Assembly (NCBI GenBank): GCA_016192035.1
Contig: JACPUW010000032.1
Coordinates: 1,450-65,449 of the forward strand
Length of the DNA: 64,000 nucleotides
Direction: 5' to 3'
Origin: Bacteroidota bacterium
GTDB lineage: Bacteria; Bacteroidota; Bacteroidia; CAILMK01; JACPUW01
The position numbers and the translations under genes were made by a program. This document shows, piece after piece, positions 28,601-36,611 of the stretch. The notes below the pieces were generated by a model. The model was not told the origin of the DNA. It saw only the letters and a list, made by a program, of their open reading frames with translations, and searched no databases. Positions within the stretch are counted from its first letter, which is position 1, and each line of letters starts with the position of its first letter.

Positions 28601-31600
28601 CCTTACGTTCACACTCTGTAAGAAACCAAGGTTAGAAATGGTGGCAACACCTTTTGCCCGTACGGTACCATATACACCTGGGGTAATCAAATCGCGCCAT
28701 TCCACATTGTATGTGCCGCCCTTCTTGCCACTGCCTCGATTGATGATTTCGGTTTTTACAATTTTCCCCGCTCCGTCAGTTGTACACGATATCTTGTTGC
28801 AATCGTTGTCGGTAGGGTCATCGTTCTTGCCTTGATATTGGTTATCGCGGTTAAATATCATCCAGAAAGTCTCCCTTCCACAAAGTGGTATGGTCTGGGC
28901 TATATTGATGCGCTGGAAGTAAGGGTTTGCCGCGTTGCCCACGCAAGGAGCGGCACCACGGCCCAATTCTACCCCTTTTCTAAAGTCATTGCCATTTTGG
29001 TCCTTCTGAAATTGAGGTTGGTTATAGTAGTTCACAGAATCTACGGTGGCAAAACCCTCGGGATCTGCTGGGCCGCCATCGGGCTCTTGCATCACAATGG
29101 GTTGTTGATCACTTGATTCGCAATCGTTTACAGGATCATATACCGTCAACATGGCTGTCCAGCAACCATCGGTGGCATATAGGTGCTGTGGGGCTGCAAT
29201 CTCAGAGTACAGGCACCGAAGTGGATCGCCCGAAGGATTGCTTCCCTTTACCAACATGGATGTTCTACTGGCATCATAGTAAGTGGTGCATTGATCGCCG
29301 TCGTCCCCAAAGTTCCAGAGGTAGTACATACTGTCAGAAGCCCAAGGGTAATTGATGTTGTCCCTGCACGAATCCAGGTTGTTGGCACCAATAAAAGCCG
29401 CCGACATATTGTCCATATCGTGCATACCATGGGTTGGGATGGTATTGTAATCCCTGCCAAATAGCCTATATTTCAAACTGTTATTCTTAAAGGTAACCAA
29501 GTTTGGCGCTTTACAGTCAAACTTAAACTTATCGGAATCGTGCATGGTGCGCCATTCGTCGTCGCAGTCGGGAGGCAATGTGCCTGCGTACATGGCAGGA
29601 AAATGAAGTCCCCCTTTGTGCTTAATGGGGCTTCGCACAATGCGGTATAGGTAGTTAACCCCGCTTATGGTGATTTTGTGCGCCCTTAAGTAGGGTTCGT
29701 GCACCCAGAATGTGGTATAAACCTTAGGCCCCCCGCCTATTGGGGCTATGGAGTCTGTAATTTGGAGGGAATCCACTACCGGAATAGGGTCTGAGTAATC
29801 CCAAGTAGGTCTAAATGCCTGTGAGAATTGGTTGTAACGATAGCGCCAATTCCCGTTCACCCCATTGTCAGGTGCTTCATACACAGGTATGGAATCTATA
29901 ACATATGGGTTGCGCGGTATGGTATCGCCCTTTTTAAAGTAAAAGCTATCGCACAAGAAAGAGTAGAACCCATCAATGGTAGCTATAAATGATGTTTGAT
30001 CATAAAACACGGTATCACCTGCGCGTATGAATTTGGTGATACCCGGAGTCCTTACGGCATCCTTCGTCTGGTGCTTGTTAAAAATGGGTTTGCTCACCCA
30101 GCCATCTTTTTCGGCATAGTAAAAATTGGGCCCACATGCCGTGGCATCGTCGCCCGCTGCACCGAGTGAAACGGCATAGGAATCTATGTTGGCATTGCAA
30201 TAGACAAAGTAGCTGTCCCTCTTGGTTTTTTGCCTATGGTCCACCCACACATAGTCTATGGTTTGAATGCCCGATGAGGCACGATAGCACTCGTCATATT
30301 TGATTTTTTCAAATGCAGCGCGGGTTACTTCCCGCGGATCCACACAATTGTTTGCCGGAAACTCGGGTGGAGGTGGGAGGTTTATGGCCGCCGAGGGCCC
30401 CCTGAGCTTTACGAAACAAATGGTGGTATCACGGGTGGGGCATGGGGGCTCTGTAATGGCCAAACTGATGTTATAAAAACCTGGACCACCGACAAACTGG
30501 TGCGAAGGGCTCCAGCTATCGCGGTTCACGTTTAATTGTTGTGAGGCGGGGTCTCCAAAAGTCCACGTCCATTGGGTGGCATTTGGCCTGGGTGGGTGTA
30601 TAAAGGTGATGCTATTATTGGTAAAGCATGGGGTATCTGGCAACCATACAATATCAAATTTGAAATTGATGGAGCGTATGGCGTCTTTTAATATAAAGGT
30701 CTGTTCGCACCCATCTCTGGCCACTATGGTCAACGAAGGGGATTTATATCCATCGCTACAGTATTTCCTGGTAAAACCTGTCCACCAATTGTTGTAGTCT
30801 TCATTGCCCGGGCTGCGCATATAGAAGGTTTGAACCGACTTCTTCCCAGAGGTGCCAAAATTCCAAATCCAATGATCGATCAAGGAGGTGTCAAATGGCG
30901 TCCGGTTGTTAAATTTAATTTCCGTGCAAGGACAGCCCACGGGTCCAGATACGGTGAACCTAGCTCCAATGTCATTATACACTTCGGGGTGTGCTTTTCG
31001 TACTTTCACATCATTGCATCCCTTCTCGTCGGTTACCGTATAGACAATGTCAAAGTTTCCGCCCTGTGGGTAGCTATGGCAAATGGTAGGTTTGTTAGAC
31101 CCCGCGCCATCGCCAAAGTCATAAAAGTGTTTGGTTAGTTTGTGCCCTTCCTTACCGGGTACTGCCAAGCTACTAAAACAGAATTCATTGTCCTTAAAGC
31201 ACTGCGCAGTATCGCTCGTAATCTCGTAATCGGCCACCGGGTTGGAATAAACCAATATGGGGGCTGTAAGCAAATAATCCTTCCAGGTAGTGCCTGTTTT
31301 AATCTTTAGTATCGGGTTATAAGTCCCGGCATCGAAATTTCTTCCAAAAGTCCTAACGGTGCCTGAGGGCAACCAGTCGTCGTGTCGGACTATACGCGTT
31401 GTGCCCACCCAGACTTCCACGGAATCCACCGCCGCCCCGCTTATGTCAGCCGAAAAGGTGACCAGGTGCGGTTCACAACCCTCATATGGGTTGCCAATGC
31501 CTGAAATGCTGAATGTTACGGTTTGTGCCAACAGGGAGTTGGTTGGCAGCAGGCCTACTAAGGCAATAAGCCATAGCAAGGATGCGCCTGGGAGTTTCCG

Positions 31601-31606
31601 TTTCAT
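25697..31606 (-). CDS. Giant (1969 aa) cysteine-rich cell-surface protein with T9SS type-B C-terminal sorting domain (SprB-class adhesin-like)
   Basis: It has a signal peptide MKRKLPGASLLWLIALVGLLPTNSLLAQ. The C-terminus …YNVITPNGDGVNDWWEMQL…ELTIYNRWGAIMMRAD…FWDGTNRTEGGNAAPGTYFFVFKS…GTITLVR matches the gliding-motility-associated CTD (type B). The body is very long and rich in Cys/Trp/Tyr/Asn/Gly, consistent with multiple Ig/PKD-like domains. Confidence 0.75.
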   Translation of the reverse strand: MKRKLPGASLLWLIALVGLLPTNSLLAQTVTFSISGIGNPYEGCEPHLVTFSADISGAAVDSVEVWVGTTRIVRHDDWLPSGTVRTFGRNFDAGTYNPILKIKTGTTWKDYLLTAPILVYSNPVADYEITSDTAQCFKDNEFCFSSLAVPGKEGHKLTKHFYDFGDGAGSNKPTICHSYPQGGNFDIVYTVTDEKGCNDVKVRKAHPEVYNDIGARFTVSGPVGCPCTEIKFNNRTPFDTSLIDHWIWNFGTSGKKSVQTFYMRSPGNEDYNNWWTGFTRKYCSDGYKSPSLTIVARDGCEQTFILKDAIRSINFKFDIVWLPDTPCFTNNSITFIHPPRPNATQWTWTFGDPASQQLNVNRDSWSPSHQFVGGPGFYNISLAITEPPCPTRDTTICFVKLRGPSAAINLPPPPEFPANNCVDPREVTRAAFEKIKYDECYRASSGIQTIDYVWVDHRQKTKRDSYFVYCNANIDSYAVSLGAAGDDATACGPNFYYAEKDGWVSKPIFNKHQTKDAVRTPGITKFIRAGDTVFYDQTSFIATIDGFYSFLCDSFYFKKGDTIPRNPYVIDSIPVYEAPDNGVNGNWRYRYNQFSQAFRPTWDYSDPIPVVDSLQITDSIAPIGGGPKVYTTFWVHEPYLRAHKITISGVNYLYRIVRSPIKHKGGLHFPAMYAGTLPPDCDDEWRTMHDSDKFKFDCKAPNLVTFKNNSLKYRLFGRDYNTIPTHGMHDMDNMSAAFIGANNLDSCRDNINYPWASDSMYYLWNFGDDGDQCTTYYDASRTSMLVKGSNPSGDPLRCLYSEIAAPQHLYATDGCWTAMLTVYDPVNDCESSDQQPIVMQEPDGGPADPEGFATVDSVNYYNQPQFQKDQNGNDFRKGVELGRGAAPCVGNAANPYFQRINIAQTIPLCGRETFWMIFNRDNQYQGKNDDPTDNDCNKISCTTDGAGKIVKTEIINRGSGKKGGTYNVEWRDLITPGVYGTVRAKGVATISNLGFLQSVNVRQQTGGIKDNGRVKMVIVDSANAGSGGRPIIVYGYEEVDTFYYECGWIPEMILQLIGMRWSYGTAGCKTPGIVIKVGDCFDTFFYENYRYFIDANGEFLVSPNPRTRVVEETDGRPAGNEGQKRPDVVNAIEFTDCIAREPHLLPTKLPYPIILSVKDYRRNDTLDGNNRGKSACLSRDSLRNFKYFIVKSASQNGFAAKSMLADSLLMMPDGYMALQVGDTKLVNLRDTVNYLLKEPGKYIITSTTKAQHGADFCFGGSSKEIWLGQHQAFRYDDSVLCNFQTVTFNDSVYYWHPGGQVFCELNEWWENTTCIDSNGYFYNPDSSAARYFWYKNIAGYTGPLYKEMIAWDFDAQRYLTKADGTDSLDVNGLRIRMEDYQRVMDSANIEVWINPADSIQNGVPGYGKYNWDMNTAWRSTQWTYGPSKKYGEKFGVGVYDVTLWARDSMGCWTPNTKQNAVRVLGVRAFFGVCDTCNTILVCTPSSIEFKDTSEIIENKEDVPSGRSVTKGKMDSVVYWSWDFGDERDTSILQNPIHTYLDAHDSGYTVRLKVKTMQGCEDEITKKFYIKIIGPQAKFFLPQDVICVNDSAYVIDSSSFEERTQSYWTTDPVLAQAISDFKKRRKVGLYFDKPGKYNITVGVSAKVNDPITGVEKQCLDVYPNPDDPTEDTITVTVRDYDPFTIKASDYVICPGEEIIFSVVADSTYTGYNSVVWNMGLENSVYAKAVAEEIGQVYAEPGKYSITAIGLGDFPICPLTDAVTINVKEVKAEIEVDERSNEAMGNYVFLNRSLNALYSRWRVFKLPDTLTVIHEETYSDSSRFVYVDFTEGEYMVELLVSDYVDPDDARACTDRAVVRLIVEPILQFYNVITPNGDGVNDWWEMQLQVVPEWELTIYNRWGAIMMRADQDDELECYFKEETQTTVCKFWDGTNRTEGGNAAPGTYFFVFKSRFKGETEMIPANGTITLVR

Positions 31607-31656
31607 GTGTTTGGTTTTAAGAAGTGGTCAAAAGTATGGTTAATGTTCGTTATATG

Positions 31657-32976
31657 CTATCTGTTTAGGGATACAAGTCCCTTTATGGTTTCCGTAATGC
31701 TGTTGTCGCAAGGATTGGGATACTGTATTATATAGGTATATAGTCCAGGTTCGCACAAGGTGCCTTGGTTCATCCAAGAGCCATCCCATTCGTCACCCAT
31801 TCCATGACCTGATTTATATACAAGCACCCCTGATTGGTTATAGACTTCTAGTTCCATTTGCCCCTGGCCTTCTGCTACTTGGGGGAGCTTCACCCCAAAG
31901 ACATCGTTTTTGCCATCGCCATTCGGGGTAAAAATATTGGGTATCAACGGCCTCTTATGCTCTGTGGAAGCTGCGGCATGTAATACCATTTCCGCAGTAT
32001 CCCTACAATCTCCTTGTTTCACAATAAGTTGTAACCCCTTAGGCCCTGAATTCCCAAAGCCGACTTCCACGGTCTGCCCAGCATATTGCCGTGAGTCAAT
32101 ATTCCATAGGAAATCAAGATTCTTATCGGCCACCCCATACACCCGATATTGCCCGCAATGGGTTTCCTCTATGTCAATCTTGGCTTTCGGCCTTTCGGAT
32201 ACCACTATTTGCTTCTTGAGCAAAACCCTGGAACCCTTATCCAGCATCTCCAGGACTTCTAGCTCATAGTTTCCGGGCATAGTGATGGACAATCTTTTCT
32301 TTTGGCCAATTCCCCCTTGTTTAACCACAATTTTACTCTTTACTTCAAACAATCGATAGATATACAGATGATTGGCAATGGGATTGGCAATTGTAAGTTC
32401 CACCACATCATTGGCACAAACCTTTGAAGAAGAAACACTAGCCAAAGGGGGCTTTTTACCACTTTCTAACAGTTGATCTTTGGTAGAGTCCACCATGCTG
32501 CCGGCACGAGCTACACCCTTTCCCAACATGTTCTTACCGGTATCCCCACTTTTAGCTTTGTTCCCCACTCCTTTTGAAAGGGGCTCATTATCGCCCTGAT
32601 CTTTATAAGGTTCTGCCGTATCGGAAAGCCGACCATTTTCTGGCCCATTATCCTCAATGGAATTTGATGAATTATCTAAATTTTCCCCTTGATTTACAAA
32701 TACTTGTTCATGTATCAAGGTTGTTTCTTCCTTTTCGGCCTCCTCTTGCCAACTTGCATTTACCCACAACGTGGTGATTACCAATGCAATTCCTGCAATT
32801 GATGCAATACCCCAAAGCCCTACGCCACCACCAAGGCCGGTTTGTGGACCGCCTTTGGCAGGTACTTGGGCTGATGTCGCCAAACGCCCTTGCACCCGCT
32901 CCCAATCGGCACCCACTTCGTCAGTTGTGTGCGGGGCGCTATGGTTGCTGAAATGTGCTTTAAGTTGGTCCATCAA
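31657..32976 (-). CDS. Membrane-anchored anti-sigma-like protein ending in a T9SS type-B C-terminal sorting domain
   Basis: The 439-aa ORF has no N-terminal signal peptide. It has a ~54-aa charged N-terminus, then one TM helix (GLWGIASIAGIALVITTLWV), then a ~130-aa acidic low-complexity linker and small beta-rich domains. The C-terminus …IFTPNGDGKNDVFGV…ELEVYNQSGVLVYKS…WDGSWMNQG…PGLYTYIIQY…GLVSLNR matches the type-B CTD. It starts 6 nt after the ECF sigma stop. Confidence 0.6.
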   Translation of the reverse strand: MMDQLKAHFSNHSAPHTTDEVGADWERVQGRLATSAQVPAKGGPQTGLGGGVGLWGIASIAGIALVITTLWVNASWQEEAEKEETTLIHEQVFVNQGENLDNSSNSIEDNGPENGRLSDTAEPYKDQGDNEPLSKGVGNKAKSGDTGKNMLGKGVARAGSMVDSTKDQLLESGKKPPLASVSSSKVCANDVVELTIANPIANHLYIYRLFEVKSKIVVKQGGIGQKKRLSITMPGNYELEVLEMLDKGSRVLLKKQIVVSERPKAKIDIEETHCGQYRVYGVADKNLDFLWNIDSRQYAGQTVEVGFGNSGPKGLQLIVKQGDCRDTAEMVLHAAASTEHKRPLIPNIFTPNGDGKNDVFGVKLPQVAEGQGQMELEVYNQSGVLVYKSGHGMGDEWDGSWMNQGTLCEPGLYTYIIQYPNPCDNSITETIKGLVSLNR

Positions 32977-32981
32977 TGGGG

Positions 32982-33515
32982 CTATTTATAAAAGTTCAAT
33001 TGCTCTATTTGTCTCTTTAGCAACAGCTTTGCCTTATTCAACTGTGACTTGGATGTGCCTTCGGCTATACCTAGCAATTCACCTATTTCCTTGTGGGTAT
33101 ATCCTTCAATCACATACATGTTGAACACCGTACGATACCCTTTTGGCAAGCGTTGTATCATTTGGATAATTTCTTCGTAGGCCAAATCCTTAAACACATC
33201 ATTGTCCACCGATTGATTCGACAACACAGATTCATCGTCGCTGGTAGGCATGCGCATATCGCGCCTATATTGGTCTATGGCGTTGTTGACCATAACCCTT
33301 TTCATCCACCCTACAAATGAGTAATCGGGATGGTACTGGTCTATCTTTTCAAAGATCTTCACAAAGCCATCCTGCAACATATCACGTGCTTCCTCACGAC
33401 CCTGGGCATAGCGCAGGCAAATGCCTAGCATAATGCCATAGTAGTGCTCAAATACTTTTTTTTGGACTTTTGGGTCGTGCCGCTTGCACCCCTCAGCCAT
33501 TTCCATTTCGGTCAT
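32982..33515 (-). CDS. RNA polymerase ECF-type sigma-70 factor
   Basis: The 178-aa ORF is taken from the internal ATG at 33515 (MTEMEMAEG…) of ORF 32982..33683. It has region 2 (…FEHYYGIMLGICLRYAQGREEARDMLQDGFVKIF…) and region 4 HTH (…YTHKEIGELLGIAEGTSKSQLNKAK…). Confidence 0.75.
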   Translation of the reverse strand: MTEMEMAEGCKRHDPKVQKKVFEHYYGIMLGICLRYAQGREEARDMLQDGFVKIFEKIDQYHPDYSFVGWMKRVMVNNAIDQYRRDMRMPTSDDESVLSNQSVDNDVFKDLAYEEIIQMIQRLPKGYRTVFNMYVIEGYTHKEIGELLGIAEGTSKSQLNKAKLLLKRQIEQLNFYK

Positions 33516-33688
33516 TCGGATGCGTAGCCTTGCATGGTTGTACAAGCCAAAACTACGAAACAAGCTACCCCTTAGTTGCCTTTGGTGGCCTAAACTGTCT
33601 TTTACATCTATAGTTTGGCACTCCTGGGCCTCGTAGCCCGCCTTATGATGCTTACGGTAACTTCGCCACATTAAAAAAAGCACACTGC

Positions 33689-35179
33689 ATGGGTAAAATA
33701 CTTATTGCCAATAGAGGAGAGATAGCGGTAAGGATCATACGCTCGGCGCGTGAAATGGGGTACTCCACCGTAGCGGTATATAGCGATGCAGATATAGACG
33801 CCCCACACGTACGCCTTGCCGATGAAGCATACCGACTTGGGCCAGCCCCGTCAAATCAATCGTACTTGCTGGGAGACAAGATTATTGAAATTTCTAGGCA
33901 GGCCGGGGTATGGGGCATACACCCTGGATATGGATTCTTATCAGAGAACTACGCTTTTGCACAAGCTGTTACCGATGCCGGCTTGGTTTTTATTGGCCCA
34001 AAACCGCACGCTATTCAAATAATGGGAAACAAACTGGCTGCCAAGGCTGCCGTTTCGGCCTACCAAATCCCCATGCTTGGCGGCACTGCCGGTGCGGTGG
34101 TAGATGTGGAGGAGGCCAAGGAAATAGCCGAAAAAATTGGATACCCCGTATTAATTAAGGCTGCGGCCGGTGGCGGAGGCAAGGGCATGAGGGTGGTTTA
34201 TGAATCCGCTTTGCTTGAAAATGAAATGAAAAGGGCTGTATCAGAAGCACTTTCCTCCTTTGGTGATGGATCGGTCTTTATAGAGAAATACGTAACATCA
34301 CCCAGGCATATAGAGATACAGGTGCTTTTTGACAGCCATGGCAACGGAGTATATTTATTTGAGCGTGACTGCTCTATACAACGAAGGCACCAAAAGGTAG
34401 TAGAAGAAGCCCCATCAGCCGTGCTTAGCCCATCGCTGCGCAAGGCCATGGGGGAGGCGGCCCTTGATGTAGGCCGTTCATGTGATTACCTGGGTGCAGG
34501 CACCGTAGAGTTTTTGGTTGATGACCAAGGCAAGTTTTTCTTTTTGGAAATGAACACCCGGTTACAAGTGGAGCATCCTGTCACTGAATTGATTACCGGA
34601 CTCGACCTGGTAAAAGAGCAGATAAAGGTGGCTAGGGGCGAAGCACTTTCATTTAACCAGGAAGACCTGAAAATTTATGGCCATGCCATAGAGCTCAGGT
34701 TATACGCTGAAGACCCGGCCAACAATTTTTTGCCCTATACCGGTACGCTGACGCGCTACCGCCCATCAAACGGACCCGGGGTTAGGGTGGATAGCGGTTT
34801 TGAAGAGGGCATGACCATACCGGTTCACTATGACCCCATGATTGCAAAATTGATCGTTCATGGTGCCGACCGTGCTGAGGCCATTGCCCGTATGAAAAGG
34901 GCCATACATGAATTCCAACTGGAAGGCATTGAAAACACCCTTTCTTTTGGTCACTTTGTGATGGAGCACCCAGCCTTTATAAGTGGGGACTACAACACCC
35001 ATTTTGTGCCGGCCTATTTTAGTCCAGAAAAACTCTCAGTTGTTGAAAATCAATCTGATAATAAACTAATAGCCGCTTTGTCCGCTTGGATTTATGAATC
35101 AAATAAACAAGGAAATGGAGCAACTACCCCCATTGGCCCTGCCAACAACGGCGCATGGCTTAGGAGAAGGTGGGCCTGA
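33689..35179 (+). CDS. accC: Biotin carboxylase (acetyl-CoA carboxylase biotin carboxylase subunit-like)
   Basis: The 496-aa ORF has the N-terminus MGKILIANRGEIAVRIIRSAREMG and an ATP-grasp core with the CPSP-like region (…EMNTRLQVEHPVTE…). No accB/BCCP gene is adjacent. Confidence 0.8.
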   Translation: MGKILIANRGEIAVRIIRSAREMGYSTVAVYSDADIDAPHVRLADEAYRLGPAPSNQSYLLGDKIIEISRQAGVWGIHPGYGFLSENYAFAQAVTDAGLVFIGPKPHAIQIMGNKLAAKAAVSAYQIPMLGGTAGAVVDVEEAKEIAEKIGYPVLIKAAAGGGGKGMRVVYESALLENEMKRAVSEALSSFGDGSVFIEKYVTSPRHIEIQVLFDSHGNGVYLFERDCSIQRRHQKVVEEAPSAVLSPSLRKAMGEAALDVGRSCDYLGAGTVEFLVDDQGKFFFLEMNTRLQVEHPVTELITGLDLVKEQIKVARGEALSFNQEDLKIYGHAIELRLYAEDPANNFLPYTGTLTRYRPSNGPGVRVDSGFEEGMTIPVHYDPMIAKLIVHGADRAEAIARMKRAIHEFQLEGIENTLSFGHFVMEHPAFISGDYNTHFVPAYFSPEKLSVVENQSDNKLIAALSAWIYESNKQGNGATTPIGPANNGAWLRRRWA

Positions 35180-35828
35180 TACGGTCTTAGGTATCAAACC
35201 CTATGTGGTGGGCCTGGCCGGGGGAAGTGCCAGCGGCAAAAGCCTTTTGTTGTCTTTTTTACAACAGACGATTGGTTCCGTGATATGCGTAGTCGGATTG
35301 GACGATTTCTATCTCCCTCTGCACCTTCAACCCAAGGATGATCAAGGCCAATTCAATTTTGATGAACCCCAGGGCATAGACCGAAAAAAGTTGGTGGACT
35401 GCGTGACCACCCTGATAGAAGGAAAGGGCGTGGCCATAGAAGAATACGCGTATAACCACCCCGAAAGACGGGAGAAAACAACCAAATGGCTGCCTGCCAA
35501 ACCTATAATACTGGTAGAAGGCCTATTTGTTCTTTTCTATGAAGAAATGTGGCCATTACTTGACCTCAAGGTTTTCATTCATGCCGATGAAGCGCTTCGG
35601 TATAAGCGGCGGCTTGAGCGCGATACCAAAGTACGGGGCATAGCGCCTGAAATGGTGGACTATCAATGGAGGAACCACGTAAATCCCTCATATGAAAAGT
35701 ACTTGGCGCCCTGTATGTCACAAGCCGATTTGGTGGTGAACAACAACCAGGGATTCGACAAGGCCCTACGTATATTGCAGCAGCATTTACATAGTGAAGC
35801 AGCATGGCGAACAAATTCGCGGTCATAG
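35094..35828 (+). CDS. udk: Uridine kinase
   Basis: It has the P-loop GLAGGSASGKS and the uridine-kinase core (…EGLFVLFYEE…). The ORF-track start overlaps accC by 86 nt. A more likely start is the in-frame GTG at 35205, just before the P-loop and after the accC stop. Confidence 0.7.
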   Translation: MNQINKEMEQLPPLALPTTAHGLGEGGPDTVLGIKPYVVGLAGGSASGKSLLLSFLQQTIGSVICVVGLDDFYLPLHLQPKDDQGQFNFDEPQGIDRKKLVDCVTTLIEGKGVAIEEYAYNHPERREKTTKWLPAKPIILVEGLFVLFYEEMWPLLDLKVFIHADEALRYKRRLERDTKVRGIAPEMVDYQWRNHVNPSYEKYLAPCMSQADLVVNNNQGFDKALRILQQHLHSEAAWRTNSRS

Positions 35829-36496
35829 GATTAGGAAGGTTTGGAAACCGTATAGCACGTACCCTGTCCCAGCGCGGGGCAGAGGTGTTGGCCATAGACC
35901 TTTCACCAGATAGGGTAGAGCAAATAAAAGATGAGGTGGCCTATGCCGTGTCACTCGATAGCACAGACCTGAAGGCCCTAGAAGCCCATGATGTGCAGCA
36001 CATGGATGCAGTTGTAGTAGCAATAGGCGAAAATTTTGAAGCCCTACTCCTTACATCTGCGCTACTTAAAGATCTGAAAATTAAACGGATAATTACCAGG
36101 TCGTCTTCGCCTACCCAAACCACCATCCTAAAGCAAATGGGCATAACCGAAATCCTCTCTCCTGAGGATGAGGTGGGTATAAACGTGGCCCAGCGACTGC
36201 TCAATCCAGATGTTATCACCTTTTTTGAATTGCCCGATGGCTATGAAATAGTGGAAGTGGTAACGCCACACGCCGTAGTTAACAAGAGCATAGCCGATAT
36301 TAAGCTAAGGGAGAAATACAACCTAAACCTCATAACCATAAAAAGAGAATTTGAGGAGATAGAAGCCGGGGCTCCCGTTCGGGTGATGCACACCATAGGG
36401 GTTCCCAAACCCACATCAACCCTTTTTGAAGGCGACCTAATGATCCTAATGGGCCAGCGCAGCGATATTAAAAAGTTTATCGAAATCAATCGCTAG
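35804..36496 (+). CDS. trkA: TrkA-family K+ transport NAD-binding regulatory subunit (KtrA/TrkA-like)
   Basis: The 230-aa ORF has the Rossmann motif FAVIGLGRFG (TrkA-N) followed by a TrkA-C domain. Confidence 0.8.
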   Translation: MANKFAVIGLGRFGNRIARTLSQRGAEVLAIDLSPDRVEQIKDEVAYAVSLDSTDLKALEAHDVQHMDAVVVAIGENFEALLLTSALLKDLKIKRIITRSSSPTQTTILKQMGITEILSPEDEVGINVAQRLLNPDVITFFELPDGYEIVEVVTPHAVVNKSIADIKLREKYNLNLITIKREFEEIEAGAPVRVMHTIGVPKPTSTLFEGDLMILMGQRSDIKKFIEINR

Positions 36497-36611
36497 CCCA
36501 ACCCGTGGTTGTGGGTTATGCCACACTGCTTTAATTTCGCGGCTTAATATTGCCGCAATAGGCTTTTTTATTGATTTTCAGTTAATTAAGTAAGAATAAT
36601 CCAACTCACAC

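Noticed and set aside
33516-33683. 56-codon N-terminal extension of the ECF sigma ORF
   Set aside because: The extension is Arg/His-rich and unlike sigma factors. Region 2 begins shortly after the internal Met at 33515, giving the typical 178-aa length.
36497-36611. Two small hairpins after trkA as terminators
   Set aside because: Stems are short or imperfect (AACCC/GGGTT and GCGGC/GCCGC) and are not immediately followed by a T-run. I left them unannotated as features.
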